DNA of 63,372 nucleotides, counting the filler, from a bacterium (lineage in GTDB: Bacteria; JAJRZV01): NCBI GenBank assembly GCA_024275095.1. It is 8 parts of 7 records of this genome, joined end to end, with 100 filler letters (N's around TTAATTAATTAA, not from the genome) between each part and the next. Parts side by side here need not be neighbours in the genome. Positions count along the whole stretch, not along the records: positions 16,069 to 29,665 come from JAJRZV010000043.1; positions 29,766 to 43,440 come from JAJRZV010000001.1; 6 more parts are not named here. The stretch is one strand, 5' to 3'. The notes under the pieces were generated by a model. It searched no databases. It saw only the letters and a list, made by a program, of their open reading frames with translations, and was not told the DNA's origin. Positions 20,062 through 30,603 of this stretch are shown here, one piece after another; positions within the stretch are counted from its first letter, which is position 1; each line of letters begins with the position of its first letter. Made by a program: the position numbers and the translations under genes.

Positions 20062-21882
20062 TTATTCTACAGTTACGCTTTTTGCCAGATTGCGGGGCTG
20101 GTCCACGTCGGTGCCTCTCAACACAGCAACGTGATAAGCGAAGAGCTGAAGAAGAGGTGAAAGCGCGAAGGGCGAGATGAGAGCCTCTTCAAGATGCACG
20201 GTAATAATGTCATCTGCAAGTGCAGCCAGTTTTTCACTGGTAAAGGTTGAAAAGGCGATGATTTTACCTTCTCGTGCCTTAATTTCTTCCATGTTACTCA
20301 TGGTTTTGACGGCAGTGTGGTCGTTATGTAAAAAGAACACTGAGGGCATGTTTTCATCGACCAGGGCTAAGGGACCGTGCTTCATTTCTCCGGCTGCGTA
20401 GGCTTCTGCGTGAATATAGGAGATTTCCTTAAGTTTTAATGCTCCTTCCATTGCTACCGGCCAGGAAAGTCCCCTTCCCAGGAATAAAAAGTTCTGGTAT
20501 CTGAAGTATCGTCGCGCGACCTCTTCTATGTGGCTTTCCTCCTCAAGTGCTCTGTGAACAGTACGGGGTATTTCCAGCACGTGCTGGGTGATGTCCTTGA
20601 GGGCGGGTTTGTCCAAACGTCCCTTATGCCAGCCCAGTGCCAGTGCTAATAGAAGCAACGCTGCCACCTGTGCTGTGAAGGTTTTGGTAGAAGCCACTCC
20701 TATTTCAGGTCCTGCCCAGGTGAAAAGCGTGTGTTGCGCCTCCCGGGTGATGGTGCTCCCCACCACGTTGGTTATAGCAAGCACCGTGGCACCCCGCCTG
20801 CGAGCCTCCCTTACGCTTTCCAGGGTATCGGCTGTCTCTCCTGATTGGGACACGGCCACCACAAGCGTGTTTTCATCTATGGGGGTGGTGCCGTAGCGAA
20901 ACTCGGACGCGAGTTCCACCCACGAAGGAATACCGGCAAGCCCTTCCATGTACACACGTCCCAGCAGGCATGCATGCCACGATGTTCCACATGCTACAAA
21001 CACGATGCGGTTTGAGCGTGCAAGTTCCCGAGCCGGGAGGTCGTCGAGGGTAATGTAAGGTTCGTGTTGAAGAATTCGGGGTCGTATGGTGTTGGAAAGG
21101 GCTTCCGGCTGCTCATGAATTTCCTTGAGCATGAAGTGCTTATAACCGCCTTTTTCCGCCATGGCCGGTGTCCAGTCGAGATGGCGCTGTTCGCGGTGGA
21201 CCATCATCCCCTCGCTGTCGAAGATTTCCACATTGTTGTTTTTCACAACAGCGACGTCACCATCTTCCAGAAAGGTCACATTGCGTGTGAAGGGAAGCAG
21301 TGCGGTGACATCCGAGGCGAGGAAATGTTCTTTTTCTCCGTGACCCACGACGAGCGGAGCACCCCTGCGTGCACCTATTAATATATTGCGGTCTTCAAAC
21401 AAAGCAACAATGGCGTACGAGCCCTCTACGTTTTTAAGAGCTTTTGTTACAGCTTCACAGGGGTCGCCGCAACGGGCATATTCTCGGGCTACCAGATGCG
21501 ATATGACTTCTGTGTCTGTTTCGGAAATGCACCTGATGCCTTCTCTCTCCAGTTCTTCCCTCAGTTCACGGTAATTTTCTACAATTCCGTTGTGTACGAT
21601 GGCCACAGCCCCCGAAACGTGAGGATGGGCGTTGATATCTGAAGGCTTACCGTGGGTGGCCCAGCGGGTGTGACCAATGCCGATAGAGCCGTTTACACTC
21701 TCCTGCTGAACAAGTGTTTCCAAATGAGAGATTTTTCCCCGGGTTTTGATGACTTTGACTTTCCCGTTTTCCCGTACTGCGATACCCGCAGAATCGTAAC
21801 CTCTGTACTCAAGCCTCCGCAACCCTTCGATGAGAACTTCAGCTGCTTTTCTTTCACCCACGTATCCTACGATTCCACACAT
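20062..21882 (-). CDS. glmS: Glutamine--fructose-6-phosphate transaminase (isomerizing)
   Basis: MCGIVGY, LEYRGYDSAG, GHTRWATHG, SQSGETADT, C-terminal PRNLAKSVTVE. Confidence 0.98.
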   Translation of the reverse strand: MCGIVGYVGERKAAEVLIEGLRRLEYRGYDSAGIAVRENGKVKVIKTRGKISHLETLVQQESVNGSIGIGHTRWATHGKPSDINAHPHVSGAVAIVHNGIVENYRELREELEREGIRCISETDTEVISHLVAREYARCGDPCEAVTKALKNVEGSYAIVALFEDRNILIGARRGAPLVVGHGEKEHFLASDVTALLPFTRNVTFLEDGDVAVVKNNNVEIFDSEGMMVHREQRHLDWTPAMAEKGGYKHFMLKEIHEQPEALSNTIRPRILQHEPYITLDDLPARELARSNRIVFVACGTSWHACLLGRVYMEGLAGIPSWVELASEFRYGTTPIDENTLVVAVSQSGETADTLESVREARRRGATVLAITNVVGSTITREAQHTLFTWAGPEIGVASTKTFTAQVAALLLLALALGWHKGRLDKPALKDITQHVLEIPRTVHRALEEESHIEEVARRYFRYQNFLFLGRGLSWPVAMEGALKLKEISYIHAEAYAAGEMKHGPLALVDENMPSVFFLHNDHTAVKTMSNMEEIKAREGKIIAFSTFTSEKLAALADDIITVHLEEALISPFALSPLLQLFAYHVAVLRGTDVDQPRNLAKSVTVE

Positions 21883-23258
21883 CAGGACCCCTTTTTTCGT
21901 TTTTTTCGCGCATATCCTTCAATGTTCTTTTGAGGAGCTCGTGAAATGCCAAGGGCCCCGGGAGGTACGTCTTTTGTAATGGTGGACCCTGCACCAATGT
22001 AAGCACCCTGACCTATTTTCACAGGAGCGACAAGTTGACAGTCACTGCCGATAAACGCTCCGTCACCGATAAAAGTGGGATGTTTTTTTACCCCATCGTA
22101 ATTACACGTAATCACTCCCGCACCCACGTTTACACCTTTTCCCACGGTTGCATCACCGAGATAGGTGAGATGATTCGCCTTGGAACCTTGGCCGAAAGTG
22201 GTGTTTTTCATTTCCACGAAATTGCCCACCCGGGCCCCCGAATCCACGCGCGTTCCCGGCCTCAGGCGTGCGTACGGTCCGATAAGACACTCCCGGCCGA
22301 TCCGAACCCCTTCCAGATGGGTAAAGGCGAGGATTTGAGTAAAGGCACCTATAGAAGAGTTTTCCACATATACATGTGGGCCGATAATTGCACCTGCCGA
22401 AATTTTTGATTTGCCAAGGATAAACGTGTACGGAAAGATTTCCACACCTTTTTCCACACGCGCATCCGGGGAAATCCAGGTGCTTTCAGGATGGTGAATG
22501 ATGACTCCTCGGTTCATGAGTTGTTCGTTAATTTCACGTTGCAAGGTGGTGAGGCAGAAATGAAAGTCAGCAGGAGTGTTGACGCCTGAGAAAGGGATCA
22601 TGGATGAAAATTTGATCACTTCTACTTTTAATCCCTGGGAAGCCATTATGCCTGGCACATCGGTAAGGTAGTACTCACTTGTGCTTGAAAGTTTGAGTTT
22701 TTCGAGAAAGGGCCACACCTCAGGGGCTTGAAATGCATAAACTCCGGTATTGACCTCTTTAATGTTTTGTTCCTTAGGACTGAGGTGCCGAGCTTCTTTG
22801 ATTTCTACAAAAGAATCATCCGCATCTCTTATGATACGTCCGTAGTGTCCGGGACTGTCCAGATGAGCAGATGCTACTGCACACAAAGCCGATGTGCGAA
22901 CCAATCGTCGGAGGAGAGAGCCTTTGAGAAGAGGTGTATCACCCATGAGTACCAGTACAGTACCCTGGAATCCTTTGAGTGCATCGCGGGCTGTGAGAAA
23001 TGCGTGACCTGTTCCCAGCCTTTTTTCCTGAACCACTACGTGGGCGTTATATTCCCGGGTGATTGATGTTACTTTTTCCTTGTCCTTTCCCACGACAACC
23101 ACTACTTTTTGGGGTTTAAGAGAAACGGCAGCATTGAGCACGTATGAAAGAAGTGGCTTTCCCAGAAGTTGCAGCAGTGCTTTGGAACGCACTCCACCCA
23201 TGCGGGTGCTTTCTCCTGCTGCGAGAATTACGACAGCCAGTTGCTTTTTCTCTTTCAT
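21882..23258 (-). CDS. glmU: Bifunctional UDP-GlcNAc pyrophosphorylase/acetyltransferase
   Basis: LAAG.STRM, Q..RLGTGHA, EYYLTD, GNFVE.K, HLTYLGDA, TCNYDG. Confidence 0.97.
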   Translation of the reverse strand: MKEKKQLAVVILAAGESTRMGGVRSKALLQLLGKPLLSYVLNAAVSLKPQKVVVVVGKDKEKVTSITREYNAHVVVQEKRLGTGHAFLTARDALKGFQGTVLVLMGDTPLLKGSLLRRLVRTSALCAVASAHLDSPGHYGRIIRDADDSFVEIKEARHLSPKEQNIKEVNTGVYAFQAPEVWPFLEKLKLSSTSEYYLTDVPGIMASQGLKVEVIKFSSMIPFSGVNTPADFHFCLTTLQREINEQLMNRGVIIHHPESTWISPDARVEKGVEIFPYTFILGKSKISAGAIIGPHVYVENSSIGAFTQILAFTHLEGVRIGRECLIGPYARLRPGTRVDSGARVGNFVEMKNTTFGQGSKANHLTYLGDATVGKGVNVGAGVITCNYDGVKKHPTFIGDGAFIGSDCQLVAPVKIGQGAYIGAGSTITKDVPPGALGISRAPQKNIEGYARKKRKKGS

Positions 23259-24007
23259 TTGCGCAAAGGTGTTCTTTCGCTCCAGAGCGGCAGGTAAGAG
23301 TCCATTTTTTCAAAAATCCTCACCTCAAGACTCCGGAGGGATTTTAGCACCTTTTGCAGGTCTTTTGATACACCATCCTCGCCCAGCTCAAGCGTACCTG
23401 CTCCTCTTTTGCGGTAACGGCGTATCTGACTGGTTGCTGGAATGGTTGTTTTGAGGAGATGGTCATCTTTAATAGAGTAAGTGACCAGGTTCTGTCTTTC
23501 TTCAGCAAGGCGAGCTCTCCGCGCTTCCGGCGATACGCTGAGAGTGAGAATGTGATGCCCTTCTCTGGAAAGCTTGCTTTCAAAACCGTTTTCATTCCAC
23601 TCAAAGGTGATCTCTGCCACAAATTTCGGGTATCCCCAAATTTCCAGGCCTCCAGCATAGGCGATTTCTGTAGTAACAGGAAGGTGCCAGATGTAGTACC
23701 CGAGATTTTTATAGTATTTTTCGAACACTGCCGGCAGAAGAGGAAGATTAATAATGGGCTTGAAAAGCACAGGGAATACCACTCCCAATTCGTTGTAAGG
23801 GCCAATGGTGGTGTCTGTGTAACGGAACACGACTATTCCACATACTGCGGTAGAAGGTGTAAGCAGTACAGGCTTTAAAGGGGGCGGAAGTATCTGTCGC
23901 ACGGCATTCGCCCGGGCAGGAAATGCGCACATCACAGCTTCAGTATTTCTGTACTCAATAGGAAGTGTTATAGAACCTGCGGAAGTTTTAACTTCCTGTT
24001 TTTCCAT
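23255..24007 (-). CDS. Acetoacetate decarboxylase-like family protein
   Basis: Y.DT.IGPYNE, LPVTT..A..GG.EIWGYPK; start chosen after GGAGGTG. Confidence 0.8.
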   Translation of the reverse strand: MEKQEVKTSAGSITLPIEYRNTEAVMCAFPARANAVRQILPPPLKPVLLTPSTAVCGIVVFRYTDTTIGPYNELGVVFPVLFKPIINLPLLPAVFEKYYKNLGYYIWHLPVTTEIAYAGGLEIWGYPKFVAEITFEWNENGFESKLSREGHHILTLSVSPEARRARLAEERQNLVTYSIKDDHLLKTTIPATSQIRRYRKRGAGTLELGEDGVSKDLQKVLKSLRSLEVRIFEKMDSYLPLWSERTPLRK

Positions 24008-24039
24008 GATGAACACCTCCGCACATTTTTGAGGTTGCT

Positions 24040-24912
24040 TCAAAGAGATTTTTTTAACTGGTCCTCCTGGCGATGATATCCCTCCCAGTCCACGTCGTAA
24101 GCATAGTGTTTTAGCGTTTTGTTTACAATTGTTGTGTAAGGCGGGGTTTCAAAGTAATGAACGAGTCTTGGCGAGATTGCAAGGACCATTTCTTCTGCTT
24201 TCCAGGAGATACGGTGAGTGGAGCCATTGTGGTGTTCGATAATAAATCCACCGGAAAAAGCAAATGAAACATCGCACAGGTCGTATTTGTTCAGGTCTCT
24301 CATCATCGCTCTGAACCGCCCCTCGGATAAAGGAGACAGAAATTTGAAAAAGTGAGAATAAAGAACACTGTTATGATAAAATTCTGGAAACGCGACAATG
24401 GCATCCATCCCCATGTCTCTTGCCATATCTACGAGGGCGTGGAGTACCTGACGGCCTATACCAAGACCTGGCCTGCGCTGTCCAGGAAAACGATGCCTGG
24501 TCCTTTCCCAGTGAGCCTCTGGATGCTCCAGCATGAGCCATTCGACCACCAGTGCAGTGAACGGCTCAGACAGTCCTGCGTTGATGACCTCTTTTCCTTT
24601 TACGTGGTAACGTTGTATGTTGAGGATAATTTCACCAATGCGTTTTCCCTTCCAGAGGAGCAGAACTTTTTGATGATAAGGGTCTGCAGTATCAATTTCC
24701 ACGGTTACGGGAGAAAGTCCTTTGTGTTCAAGTACTTCCATAAGGCCAACCCGTCGGAGTTCTCCAAAAATTGCATCCTTGGTGTATCGTCCGAGAAGAA
24801 GTTGAGGTCCTTCCTTGAGAAACAGCTGATGAGCTATTTCTTCCTCTTCCATCTCCAGCGTACCGGATGAAAGAATGTGATGAGAGAGAAGTCTGGAGCG
24901 TCGGGGTTTCAT
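24040..24912 (-). CDS. Conserved hypothetical protein (possible GNAT-like fold)
   Basis: EWL.LEHP, FPGQRRPGLG.G, P..YHN..LY, F..P..EGRF.A..RDL motifs. Confidence 0.7.
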   Translation of the reverse strand: MKPRRSRLLSHHILSSGTLEMEEEEIAHQLFLKEGPQLLLGRYTKDAIFGELRRVGLMEVLEHKGLSPVTVEIDTADPYHQKVLLLWKGKRIGEIILNIQRYHVKGKEVINAGLSEPFTALVVEWLMLEHPEAHWERTRHRFPGQRRPGLGIGRQVLHALVDMARDMGMDAIVAFPEFYHNSVLYSHFFKFLSPLSEGRFRAMMRDLNKYDLCDVSFAFSGGFIIEHHNGSTHRISWKAEEMVLAISPRLVHYFETPPYTTIVNKTLKHYAYDVDWEGYHRQEDQLKKSL

Positions 24913-25000
24913 ACGAACATTTTAGCATTGAAAGACTTCAGGTGTTTAATGTTAATTGATATGATTATGATGTTTTTAGAGGTGCTCAGGAGGTGAGAGA

Positions 25001-26491
25001 ATGAAACGAATTTTGTGTGTGCTGGTGGTGGGGCTATTTTGCATCAGTGCTTATGCAGGGAAAAAACGGCCTGTGTGGGTTGAAAAAGGTTATCATCCCC
25101 GATACAGCGACAAGTTATATTTTATAGGCATAGGTATTGCCCGGTCGACAGGGGACCGCGAGAAGGATATGCGCAGAGCCGATGATAGTGCGAGGGCGGA
25201 AATTGCCAAGCAGATTCGTGTCCACGTGACAGAAAGTATCAGAGATATTCTCAAACAGGCGGGTTCGAAAGGAGATGTCGCCACAGACATAGAAGTCCGG
25301 TCGCGGTCTCAGGTGGACATGGTTCTGGAGGGTGTGAGGATTGCTGAGAGATATTACGACAAAAAAGAAAAGGTTTATTATTCCCTTGCTGTGCTTAACC
25401 GGGAATCTGCCGCATCTGGTATTTTTGATGACCTGAAGTCGCTTTCAAAGCAGATGAAAAATCTTTTAAGGGTTGGAATGAAAAAAGCGCGTTCAGGAAG
25501 GTGCTGGAGAGGTCTTTCAGATATTGGGAGGGCTGCAACGCTTCTGGGCGAGATACGCGGTAAGGAAGCCATTCTCAAGGTGGTAGCAGCCAGTCCCATG
25601 CTCATGGAATACCAGAGACCTCCTGAAAGACCGGATTTCAGTGAAGTGAAAAATCAAGTAGATAGTGTACTTTCTCTGATGCGCCTGGAGAAGGTTTCCG
25701 GTGACAATCAGGTGGCTGAGGTGGGAATGCCTCTTCAGGATCCTCTTGTTGTGAGGGTTACGTGCGGAGGCCGGGGAGAGGCCGGTGTGCCCCTGAATGC
25801 TTCTTTCAAAAGAGGCAAAGGGATAATAGATGAACACGTGCGCACAAATCGTAGCGGACTTGCGCGTATTAAAGTTCACGAAGTCCGGTCTGCAGATGTG
25901 GAGGAAAACACAATCGTTGTTTCTTACGATGTGGACAGGCTCAAAAAAGTGGACACCTACTACGTCCCCGATGCCCTTCTGGATATTCTATCGGCCAAGG
26001 TTGTGACCTTTCGGTATACCATACCCACCAAGAGGGTTCTTTCGTTTGTTGTCCTGGTGGAGGAAACAAACATCGAAGATCCGGTAGACCCTCCTGTGCT
26101 GAAACCTCTTATAGAGGAGGCTCTCGCGGCACGAAATTTTAAAGTTATTGCCAACTCGGCAATTGCCGACCATCTTGGAGAGGTGGACATTGACTACGCG
26201 CGTCCTCAAGCCGGTGACATTGCTCGCTCCTTTCGAAATGTCGCTGATGTGGTGATCATAGGTCGCCTGAAATCTTCATTTTCTTCCAAGGTAATGGAGG
26301 GTTTTTACTTTGCTCGTGCTGAGGGGGTTGTAAAAGCCATCAGGGTTCGGGATGGGAAAGTAATTCTCACCCGGCGGGTGAGTGATAAAGGCGCGGGCAA
26401 TACCGTGGAAAAGGCAGGGCTTAAAGCGCTGGAGAGCACGGCTCGGAGGCTGGCGGATTCTTTTGCACAGGCCCTGGACGAAACTTTCTAA
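25001..26491 (+). CDS. Secreted LPP20-domain protein with Ig-like and C-terminal domains
   Basis: Signal peptide; P.WV..YF.G.G.A..AD..ARAEIAKQI.V.V LPP20-like; KVSGDNQ..G.PL..PLVVRV Big_1-like. Confidence 0.7.
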   Translation: MKRILCVLVVGLFCISAYAGKKRPVWVEKGYHPRYSDKLYFIGIGIARSTGDREKDMRRADDSARAEIAKQIRVHVTESIRDILKQAGSKGDVATDIEVRSRSQVDMVLEGVRIAERYYDKKEKVYYSLAVLNRESAASGIFDDLKSLSKQMKNLLRVGMKKARSGRCWRGLSDIGRAATLLGEIRGKEAILKVVAASPMLMEYQRPPERPDFSEVKNQVDSVLSLMRLEKVSGDNQVAEVGMPLQDPLVVRVTCGGRGEAGVPLNASFKRGKGIIDEHVRTNRSGLARIKVHEVRSADVEENTIVVSYDVDRLKKVDTYYVPDALLDILSAKVVTFRYTIPTKRVLSFVVLVEETNIEDPVDPPVLKPLIEEALAARNFKVIANSAIADHLGEVDIDYARPQAGDIARSFRNVADVVIIGRLKSSFSSKVMEGFYFARAEGVVKAIRVRDGKVILTRRVSDKGAGNTVEKAGLKALESTARRLADSFAQALDETF

Positions 26492-26512
26492 ATAAACTGA
26501 TATTACCAATCA

Positions 26513-29080
26513 ATGAAAGAACTTCCCCTTCCTGTAAAAATTTTTTTACTCGCTGTATGGGGTGCGTCTCTTTATTACGCATCCACCAGCGCACTGAAAA
26601 TGCGGTTTCAGCCGGATCCTATGGCTTTCATGCCTCCTGAAAGCCCGGAGGCGTCTGCCATTAAGGAGATCCAGGAGGATTTCGGGTTCGGAGACACGGG
26701 CATTGTTCTCATCACATTTCCCCATCCCGTCGGCAGGGAAGAAATTTTGCTCGAAAGGGAGATTACCCGTTTTATATCCCGTTATCCAGGGGTTTTGCGT
26801 GTGATGAGCCTTGACGATATCCCACGCCCTATTGTCAGGGCTTCCGAGCTGGAGGTTTATGAGTACACCCAACTTCTCGTGGATGGAACGGAGACTCCTT
26901 CTCAGTTTCAGGAAGCTGTGCGTTCTGATTCCAACATTTACGGCAACTTTGTCTCGAAGGATCTGAAAACTCTTTCTGTTTACGTAAGTTTTGAAAAAAA
27001 TGCTGTGCCAGATAGTGCTCATGATCTTGCGGCCGAGCTAAGAGAAAAATTTGGCGAAAAGGTGGATTTTCATTTTACCGGTTCGCCTTTTCTTCTTTAC
27101 TTTCTCAGCGACGAACTTCAGAAGACATTTAAAATTTCTCTTCCTGTGGCAACACTCTTTTTCTTTATCAGCTTTTTCGCTGTGAAAATGACTGCTTTCA
27201 GTATTTATACCGTTCTTGCTCTGGGAACAGCGATTTTGTGGACTCTGGGTTTTATGAGTCACTTTACTTTAAAACTGGATTTTGTAACAGGCGCGATTCC
27301 TTCTATTCTTTTTGCTGCGGGGGCCAGTTATGTTGCGCACATTTTAATCAAAGGTTTTCGTAAAACACTTACTCCCGTATTGCTTTCCGCATTTACCACG
27401 GCCGCAGGATTTGCGGCGATCGTGGTTCTTGGCATTCCACCGTTGACAACCTTTGGACTTGTTACCGCTGTGGGCGTGATTTTTGTGGCGCTTGCTGCGT
27501 TTATTATCACCATGCTTTTTCGACGGGAGTCTCCCGAAGAAAAAATCATTGTTTTGCTCGGACGGCCGGTTTTTTATCTCACAGAGGCGGCGGCCGGTGC
27601 GCCGGTGCCAGCTCTGGGCCTTACCGTAATTATTACCCTTGTGGGCTTAATTCGGATTCTCTCCGCTCCCGTGGATGTAAGCATGGCCTCTCTTTTTGCC
27701 GAGGGTAGCAGTGTTCGACAGCATGTAGAAGAGAGCGAGAAGATTCTCCCGGGAGGCGATTTCTTTTTCCTTCTGGTGCGGGCTCCCTACAACGATCCGG
27801 CAGTTCTTCGGGCTGTGGATGAATTTGAGCTGGCGGCCAGACATGATAATTGTGCGTACTGGAGCCAGTCACCCGCACAGGTGATCAAACAATCAGCCGG
27901 GTATCTTGCAGGAATTCCCCGTATCCCACTGAACGAAGGCAAGTTCGGCGAAATTCTGTTTCTCGTTGAGCCTGAGCAGGGTTTCCAGCAGATGGTCACA
28001 GAAAAGGGAAAGTTTATCGCCATGCTCCGCACGGCGTCTCAGCGCTGGAGAGAATGCAACGATATTAATACCGACCTGGCGCGGCAAATTTTTAAGAAAC
28101 GATGGCTTTTGACCGAAGCGACTGAGCCCTCTGAGGATGAAATCAAGTACCTTGCACGTGTACTTTCTTTTTACGGAGATGTGGCGGAGCCAGATGTTAA
28201 AGCAGTGGTGAACCGTTTTCCTTCTTACCTTTTACCCCAGCAGTTAGCTGAACGCATTCGGCACCGCTTGAGAGAATGGGGTTTTGATTCACTTCCACCT
28301 GAAAAACTGGAGAAACTGTTGTCCTTTGCTCGCAGTGACGGCGTGCTTGATAAAAAGGGTGTACTTGCTGCACTTTCGGATTCATTATCCGTACGGGCGG
28401 CACTTGAGATTGTACTGGAAGCCAGGGCGGAGGCCAGGGCGGCGGCCCTTGGGCTTTCAGGAATAAAAGACGTGGTGGGCTATCTCTTGGACCTTGAGGA
28501 CGGCCTGACGCTTAAGAAAGGAAAGAAACCCGTGGAGCACGTGCTGACAGGCTCAAATACCGCTTTTATGGAAGTGGATAAGGCTGTGAAAAGGGGGCAG
28601 ATCCTGGCGACGCTTCTCACGTTCGTACTCGTATTTTTGTGCGTGGCGCTTATTTCTGAAGAAAGAAGGCTGGCGTACCTGTGTGCCGGCGCATTTTCAC
28701 CGCTGATTGCGGTGGTGGTCTCTCTGGCTGCGGTCACTTACATTACACGAACTTTTGATGTGGGTACGGCAATGGCGTCCAGTGCATTGCTGGGCATGGG
28801 AGCAGATTTTGCACTTCACTTTGTGTGGAGTCTTCGCGAAAAGGGAGTCCAGGGAGCCATCGAAGAGGAGGCACCAGCTCAATTTTTCTCCATTCTTCTT
28901 ACCACCGCCGGTTTTGCACCCCTTCTTACATCCCAGATTACCGCCATGGCGAATTTCGCGTCGGTGATGATTATCGGCTCCCTGTGTGCCTCGTTGTTTT
29001 CAATGGGGCTTATCAGTGCCGTGCATGTACTTCTCAAAGGAAATGTGCCACCATTATCACATAACAGTGATACAGAGTAA
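26513..29080 (+). CDS. MMPL/RND-family transporter
   Basis: Two membrane halves; PVLLSAFTTAAGF, GMGADFALHF, TTAGFAPLLTS. Confidence 0.85.
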   Translation: MKELPLPVKIFLLAVWGASLYYASTSALKMRFQPDPMAFMPPESPEASAIKEIQEDFGFGDTGIVLITFPHPVGREEILLEREITRFISRYPGVLRVMSLDDIPRPIVRASELEVYEYTQLLVDGTETPSQFQEAVRSDSNIYGNFVSKDLKTLSVYVSFEKNAVPDSAHDLAAELREKFGEKVDFHFTGSPFLLYFLSDELQKTFKISLPVATLFFFISFFAVKMTAFSIYTVLALGTAILWTLGFMSHFTLKLDFVTGAIPSILFAAGASYVAHILIKGFRKTLTPVLLSAFTTAAGFAAIVVLGIPPLTTFGLVTAVGVIFVALAAFIITMLFRRESPEEKIIVLLGRPVFYLTEAAAGAPVPALGLTVIITLVGLIRILSAPVDVSMASLFAEGSSVRQHVEESEKILPGGDFFFLLVRAPYNDPAVLRAVDEFELAARHDNCAYWSQSPAQVIKQSAGYLAGIPRIPLNEGKFGEILFLVEPEQGFQQMVTEKGKFIAMLRTASQRWRECNDINTDLARQIFKKRWLLTEATEPSEDEIKYLARVLSFYGDVAEPDVKAVVNRFPSYLLPQQLAERIRHRLREWGFDSLPPEKLEKLLSFARSDGVLDKKGVLAALSDSLSVRAALEIVLEARAEARAAALGLSGIKDVVGYLLDLEDGLTLKKGKKPVEHVLTGSNTAFMEVDKAVKRGQILATLLTFVLVFLCVALISEERRLAYLCAGAFSPLIAVVVSLAAVTYITRTFDVGTAMASSALLGMGADFALHFVWSLREKGVQGAIEEEAPAQFFSILLTTAGFAPLLTSQITAMANFASVMIIGSLCASLFSMGLISAVHVLLKGNVPPLSHNSDTE

Positions 29081-29110
29081 GTCAACTAAGGAGCGGGAAG
29101 GAGGTGAGTC

Positions 29111-29665
29111 ATGACAACGTCCGCACTTGTGTTTACCCTTGCCCTGCTTTCTCTTTCTCCTCAGGAGGTTCTTGAGAAAGCGGATAAAACCTACATGGAT
29201 TTTAAAAATCTTGTGCAGACCATGACTCTGGTTACGTATGCAGAGGAGGGTGCACCTGGTCGGCGCATGACAATGAAACTCTGGCAGTCTGGAGATGGAA
29301 AGCGTCTTATCCGATTTCTCGAACCACCCAATGCGAAGGGAATGAGCATTCTCGTGGAGTCGCCCACCACAATCTACGTGTACCTGCCACAGTATCACCG
29401 CGTGAGACGAGTTGCCTCGCACGCGAGGCGCCAGACGTTTATGGGTACGGACTTTTCGTACGATGATATGAGCATCATGCAATACGGAGATTTATTTGTT
29501 CCTCAGCAGATGCATGAAGAAGGAAGATTTTATGTGCTCAAGGTTGTTCGAAAACCGGGTGCAGAGATCGGATACGGCGGAATTGTTCTTTACATTGATA
29601 AGGAGAAATTCACCATTCACCGCCTGGAATACCTCGATGAAGACCTGAAGCCGGTAAAAATTGAA
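29111..29665 (+). CDS. Outer-membrane lipoprotein-sorting (LolA-like) protein, 3'-truncated
   Basis: LIRF.EP...KG..L, YVYLP...VRR.A...FMGTDFSYDD; follows MMPL as is typical. Confidence 0.88.
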
Positions 29666-29765
29666 NNNNNNNNNNNNNNNNNNNNNNNNNNNNNNNNNNN
29701 NNNNNNNNNTTAATTAATTAANNNNNNNNNNNNNNNNNNNNNNNNNNNNNNNNNNNNNNNNNNNN
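29666..29765. other. Artificial contig linker
   Basis: N-run + TTAATTAATTAA + N-run. Confidence 0.98.
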
Positions 29766-30603
29766 CGAGCCCGGCCATCCATGCCTCGCGGGACCCTGCA
29801 ATGGAACCTGTGTGAGAAGAGGCGGCTCTTACGCCTGCTTCGCTGACGCCTCCACGGAGTATGAATATCGGTTTATGTACTGCCAGCTTGGATGCTGCTT
29901 CCACAAGTTCCCTTCCACGCGCGGCTGATTCCACGTACATGGCCACCGCTTTTGTTTCCTCGTGTTCCGCGAAGAATTTAAGAAGCTCAACCTCGTCCAG
30001 GTCCATGCCGTTGCCGATGGAAAACATCATGCTGAAGCCCGCCCCTGTTTTAAGGCTCCAGTCTATGGCGGACGTGATAAGCGCTCCTGATTGACTGATA
30101 AAGGCAATGCCGCCCTTCATGGGCATGGCCGGTGCAAATGATGCGTTGATGGGAAGGTACGTGTTTATAAAGCCCAGGCAGTTGGGGCCAAGGACGCGAA
30201 GGCTATAGCGCCGTGCTGTTCGCAGCATTGTTTTTTCCAGCCTGGCACCCGCAGGACCTGTCTCGCGGAAACCCGCCGTGAGAACTATCGCGAGTTTCAC
30301 GCCTGCTGTGCCGCACTCTTCTATCACTGACGGTACAAGCTTTGAGGGTACAGCCACTATGGCAGCATCAACCGGTTCCGGAACGTCGCTTATAGAGGGA
30401 TAACAGCGCTTTTCGAGTACCTCAGATGCTGCGGGATTGACGGGGAATATTGCTCCGGGATATCCGGAAATAATAATGTTTTTGAGAACCTCGTGACCTA
30501 CCTTCCCCGCGGTTCGGGATGCGCCGATAACAGCAATTGAGCGGGGATTGAAAAGCGCTCTTTCGGAGGAAGCATCAAATTCATATTGAGGGTTTTTCAC
30601 CAT
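29766..30603 (-). CDS. Acetate/acyl--CoA ligase (ADP-forming) alpha-type, 3'-truncated
   Basis: FNPRSIAVIGAS, GPNCLG, FISQSGA, AASSHTGS (phospho-His motif). Confidence 0.9.
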
